A stretch of 64,000 nt of DNA from Phaeosaccion multiseriatum. Lineage: Eukaryota > Protista > Ochrophyta, other classes. Positions 60,899 to 64,000 of this stretch are shown piece by piece. The DNA is taken from positions 2,976,001-3,040,000 of the forward strand of contig OZ218952.1 of assembly GCA_965112735.1 (NCBI GenBank), given 5' to 3'. The notes under the pieces were generated by a model. That model saw only the letters and a program-made list of their open reading frames with translations, had not been told where the DNA came from and made no database searches. Position 1 is the stretch's first letter. Every line of letters begins with the position of its first letter. A program made the position numbers and the translations under genes.

Positions 60899-62687
60899 AT
60901 GTCCGCGAGCAGCAGTATCTATGCCGAGGTGGTCGGCAATGAGGATCACTTCCTGGCGGAGGAAAGCGCCGAGGGGGTGCAGCAGAAGCGCTTCACCACC
61001 TACACCGTGGTGGTGGAGGATGAGAGCGCCAGCTGGACCCTTCATAAACGCTACAGCGACTTTGATGCACTCAGGTTAGATCCCGACGCTTTGTGTTGAA
61101 AAACAATACGTACCACATATCACTCTGGCCTCCATTTACCCCCCATGGAGTCGGGCCTGGTTTGCGACCCAAATTAATCACCGTATCACCGTCTCGCACG
61201 GCGCATCGAGACCAAATTCGAACCGATGTGTTCTTTCGTCGCGGAAGCACCAAATGCCTGTTGATGATCCTCTCCATAATGCCTGCCCCGTTGCATTCTC
61301 TTCCCTTCCTCTTGCTCCAACGGTTACTGTTGCCTCGCTCCTCTTGCCCGACACGAACTGCTTTGCGGCACCCTCCTCCTCCTCCTCCTCCTCCTCCTCC
61401 TCCTAGACGAGCGGTGCGTGGACGCTATCCTTCCGTGGATCGGTTCCGCTTCCCCAACAAGAGTCGCTTCCGTAACTTTGCGGATCACACCAAGGAACGA
61501 AGAAGGACGGGCTTTGATGATTTCCTGGCGCTGCTGAGGTGCATGCTGGGGGGGGGAGTGGGGGCCGGTAGACAATAGGAGGGAGGGAGTGAGGGTGGGT
61601 AGACAATAGGAGGGAGTGGGGGCCGGTAGACAATAGGAGGGAGTGAGGGTGGGTAGACAATAGGACCGCGCGGCTCGAGGGGTGCACTTTCCTGATCTTC
61701 CCTCCTTTCCTTCATGTGTGTGTGGGGAATGTGCTAAAGTGTGGTGAGTGTGCTGAAGTAGGGGCAGGGGACAAGCCCGGCCGGGACTCAAACTTTTCTA
61801 TTTCTTATTTTGTATGGCCTTGATTGTATGCCCTTGACAGCAAGCAAGAGATCCGCCCCGTCGAGCTGGACGAGTTTCTACACGTGTCCACACGAGGCGC
61901 CGACGCCACTATCAACTACACTCCTGTCGGGACACCAGGGGAAAAGGGGGGAGGGAGGTACCGGAGCGAATCCACGGATAGCGCTCCATCCGACGATTCC
62001 CTGTTGAGCCAGAGTCAGGGCCAGAGGCTGGGCGGCGGGGGGGGGGCGACAGTCAGAGAGAGAACTGCAGGAGGGGTGGCTGCAGTGGGTTGGTCCAGCA
62101 CACCCAAATTCCCACCCCTTGCCAGGACGCCAACTAGGGAGGGGAGGGGTGTTGCAGCGAGAGGTAGAGCAGCAGCAGCAGCAGCAGCAGGAGGAGGAGG
62201 AGGAGGAGGAGGAGATGGTGACCCCCGAGGAGGAGGGGGTGGAACCAGGAAGGGACGTGGTGGTGGGGGAGGAGTGCAGGGGGCGGTGTACAACCTGGAC
62301 GCCTTCATGCAGACGCTGTTCAGCCCCTTTCTTTTGGCGGTCATGACTCTGTTCGTCTGCGGAGCCTTGGCCGTTGTACTGGTATACACGTACGGTGGTG
62401 TACCCTGCTTGCTGACGATTGGGGCGGGCGCCATCGTAGGCACGGTGTTCCAGAGTCAAGAGAGGCTCGCGAAGGTATATAGAGCAGTCTTCTCGTCAGG
62501 GGGCAGGGAGAGAAATGAGCAGCAGACTACAACAGCGGCGAGGGTGGCGTTACAGCCGCAGTCCCCGCAGCGAGAAGACGGAGGAGGGGTGAGCGGGGGC
62601 GGAGGCGAAGGGTCGAGGCAGTCGCTGACCCCCAGGAAAGCGGCGCGAGCCGCCATCACTGTACAGAGGAGCGTGTATGATACGTAG
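60899..62687 (+). CDS. PX-domain protein with C-terminal transmembrane hairpin, 3 exons (60899-61074, 61407-61538, 61841-62687)
   Basis: 'FTTYTVVV...WTLHKRYSDFDALR', 'FPNKSRF...KERRRTGFDDFL', 'ELDEFL'; two hydrophobic segments near the C-terminus. Confidence 0.85.
61552..61665 (+). repeat. Intronic minisatellite, 4 copies of GTAGACAATAGGA with alternating linkers
   Basis: Linkers alternate GGGGGCCG / GAGGGTGG (ABAB). Confidence 0.9.
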
Positions 62688-62979
62688 TGTATATATATAT
62701 ATACATATAGTGTAGGGGATATATTTGGAGGGTAGAATGAGTGCACTTTTAATTCTTACGTACGTGGTATCGTATACCAAAGCAAGTCAAACTCACCCTC
62801 TCACTCTTCGCCACGCTATGCACAGACAAAGACGTGTATAGCCTTGCAGCCGGGCGGCCGTCGGTGCCCTCCCTGCATCAATGGAGGAGACTTACAAGAC
62901 ACGAACACACACCCGGCCATCCAGTGGCAAGTGCTCGAGGACTGGCCTGCTCGGCGGAAGGGAGAAGCTTCTAATCTCT

Positions 62980-63021
<42 letters not shown>

Positions 63022-63616
63022 CAACTCGCAAGCTCATCCACCCCGTAAAGTGTGTCGGCAACAGGAACAGAAATGCAAGGCACCCTCCGCCCTCCTTCTG
63101 TGGTCTTCGTTCCTCGGTCCTCTTTCTTTCACGTTCCCCCCTGCTTCTGTCTGATCCCTACCACTTCCTACAGTAGCATCTTCCCGAGTAGGCCACAGGG
63201 CGGCGTGTAAGGCAGCGCTGTTCACCGATCAACAAAAAAGAGGTCACCAGACCCCCCCAATCCTTCTCCTTCCCCTCCCATTTTTGCTACCGTAACGGGC
63301 GGTCGGGCGGTCGGGCTGCAGCACACGCCGCCATGGGGGGGAGAGAGGGAGGGCACTCATCTGTAGCAGAAGCAGGCCACCGACGATGCTGTCGCACGAC
63401 CTCAGCACAACCACCACCACCAGTATCAGTAGCAGTGCCGGGCCAACGAAAAAGAGGCAGCGGTAACAGTAGCACTAGCGATGGCAGGCCAACGAAGAGA
63501 GGCAGCGAGCTCCCGACTCCCGTCCGGCCTCGGGAAGAAGTCGAGATGGGGGAGATGGCATGAGCATGAACAAGACTGACACCATTCCGCAGGTCGCTCC
63601 GTCAGCGGGGCTTGAC

Positions 63617-64000
63617 TCAGCGTCGGGCATACAGGGCTGGAACGGACGATGTGGCCAGGAGACACACCCCGAACACAAGCACTGCCAACACGGGCAGGGA
63701 CACGGAGCAGCCTCCGCCCACCTCCTCTAGCACCGTCACACAAGAGGCTGCCATGTGAAGCCCAACCACCAATGCAATCTTGGTTCCATCAGTTCTGTCG
63801 CCCTCTCCTGTGCTGCTGCTATCGGCACGCCCTACAGCCGAGAAGACGATGATCATGAAAGCCACGTCCAACAGGAAGAACATCCAGGCAGTGAGAGAGG
63901 TGAGCAGCACCAGAGGCATGGCAATACAGCTGTCCGCGTACATCACCCCAGCGCCCGAGTCCTCGGACAGTACGACCCCGCTCATCATCACTGCGTGCAT
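63617..64000 (-). CDS. Partial multi-pass membrane protein (5' end outside the window)
   Basis: Several hydrophobic segments in ORF 63617..64000; no family recognised. Confidence 0.45.
   Translation of the reverse strand: MHAVMMSGVVLSEDSGAGVMYADSCIAMPLVLLTSLTAWMFFLLDVAFMIIVFSAVGRADSSSTGEGDRTDGTKIALVVGLHMAASCVTVLEEVGGGCSVSLPVLAVLVFGVCLLATSSVPALYARR

Overview
Gene-dense, intron-containing, GC-rich eukaryotic nuclear DNA, not prokaryotic. The organism is inferred to be a photosynthetic, flagellated stramenopile (ochrophyte), from a signal peptide with an AF|VP bipartite plastid presequence and a TTLL3-type tubulin glycylase. About 21 protein-coding loci can be assembled by hand across GT-AG introns: a HECT-less UBE3C-like IQ protein, RFC1, plastid glucose-6-phosphate 1-epimerase, an FRG1-like protein, DPH3, a SANT+DUF3755-like protein, NDUFAF3, a UBC4/UBE2D E2, a cupin, a PhyH dioxygenase, a putative thylakoid protein, TTLL3, DOLPP1, an RGS protein, an LRR protein, an RRM-RGG protein, UBL-PI4Kgamma, mL46, RPS17, R2R3-MYB, a PX-TM protein, and a partial membrane protein. 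Many genes sit in divergent pairs, and microsatellites or homopolymeric amino-acid tracts are pervasive. I found no rRNA, tRNA, cas gene, true CRISPR array or intact transposon. The most unusual structures are: (i) three 46-bp elements embedded in a (GTGA)n array in TTLL3 intron 1, each resembling a 33-nt stop-containing cassette exon and a hairpin; (ii) a regularly spaced degenerate ~15-nt motif array starting at the stop codon of the UBE3C-like gene; (iii) a 135-bp-arm inverted repeat with an internal third copy at the window start; and (iv) (GTGA)n/(CTCA)n microsatellites repeatedly placed at splice sites. All gene models are manual predictions without database or RNA support.
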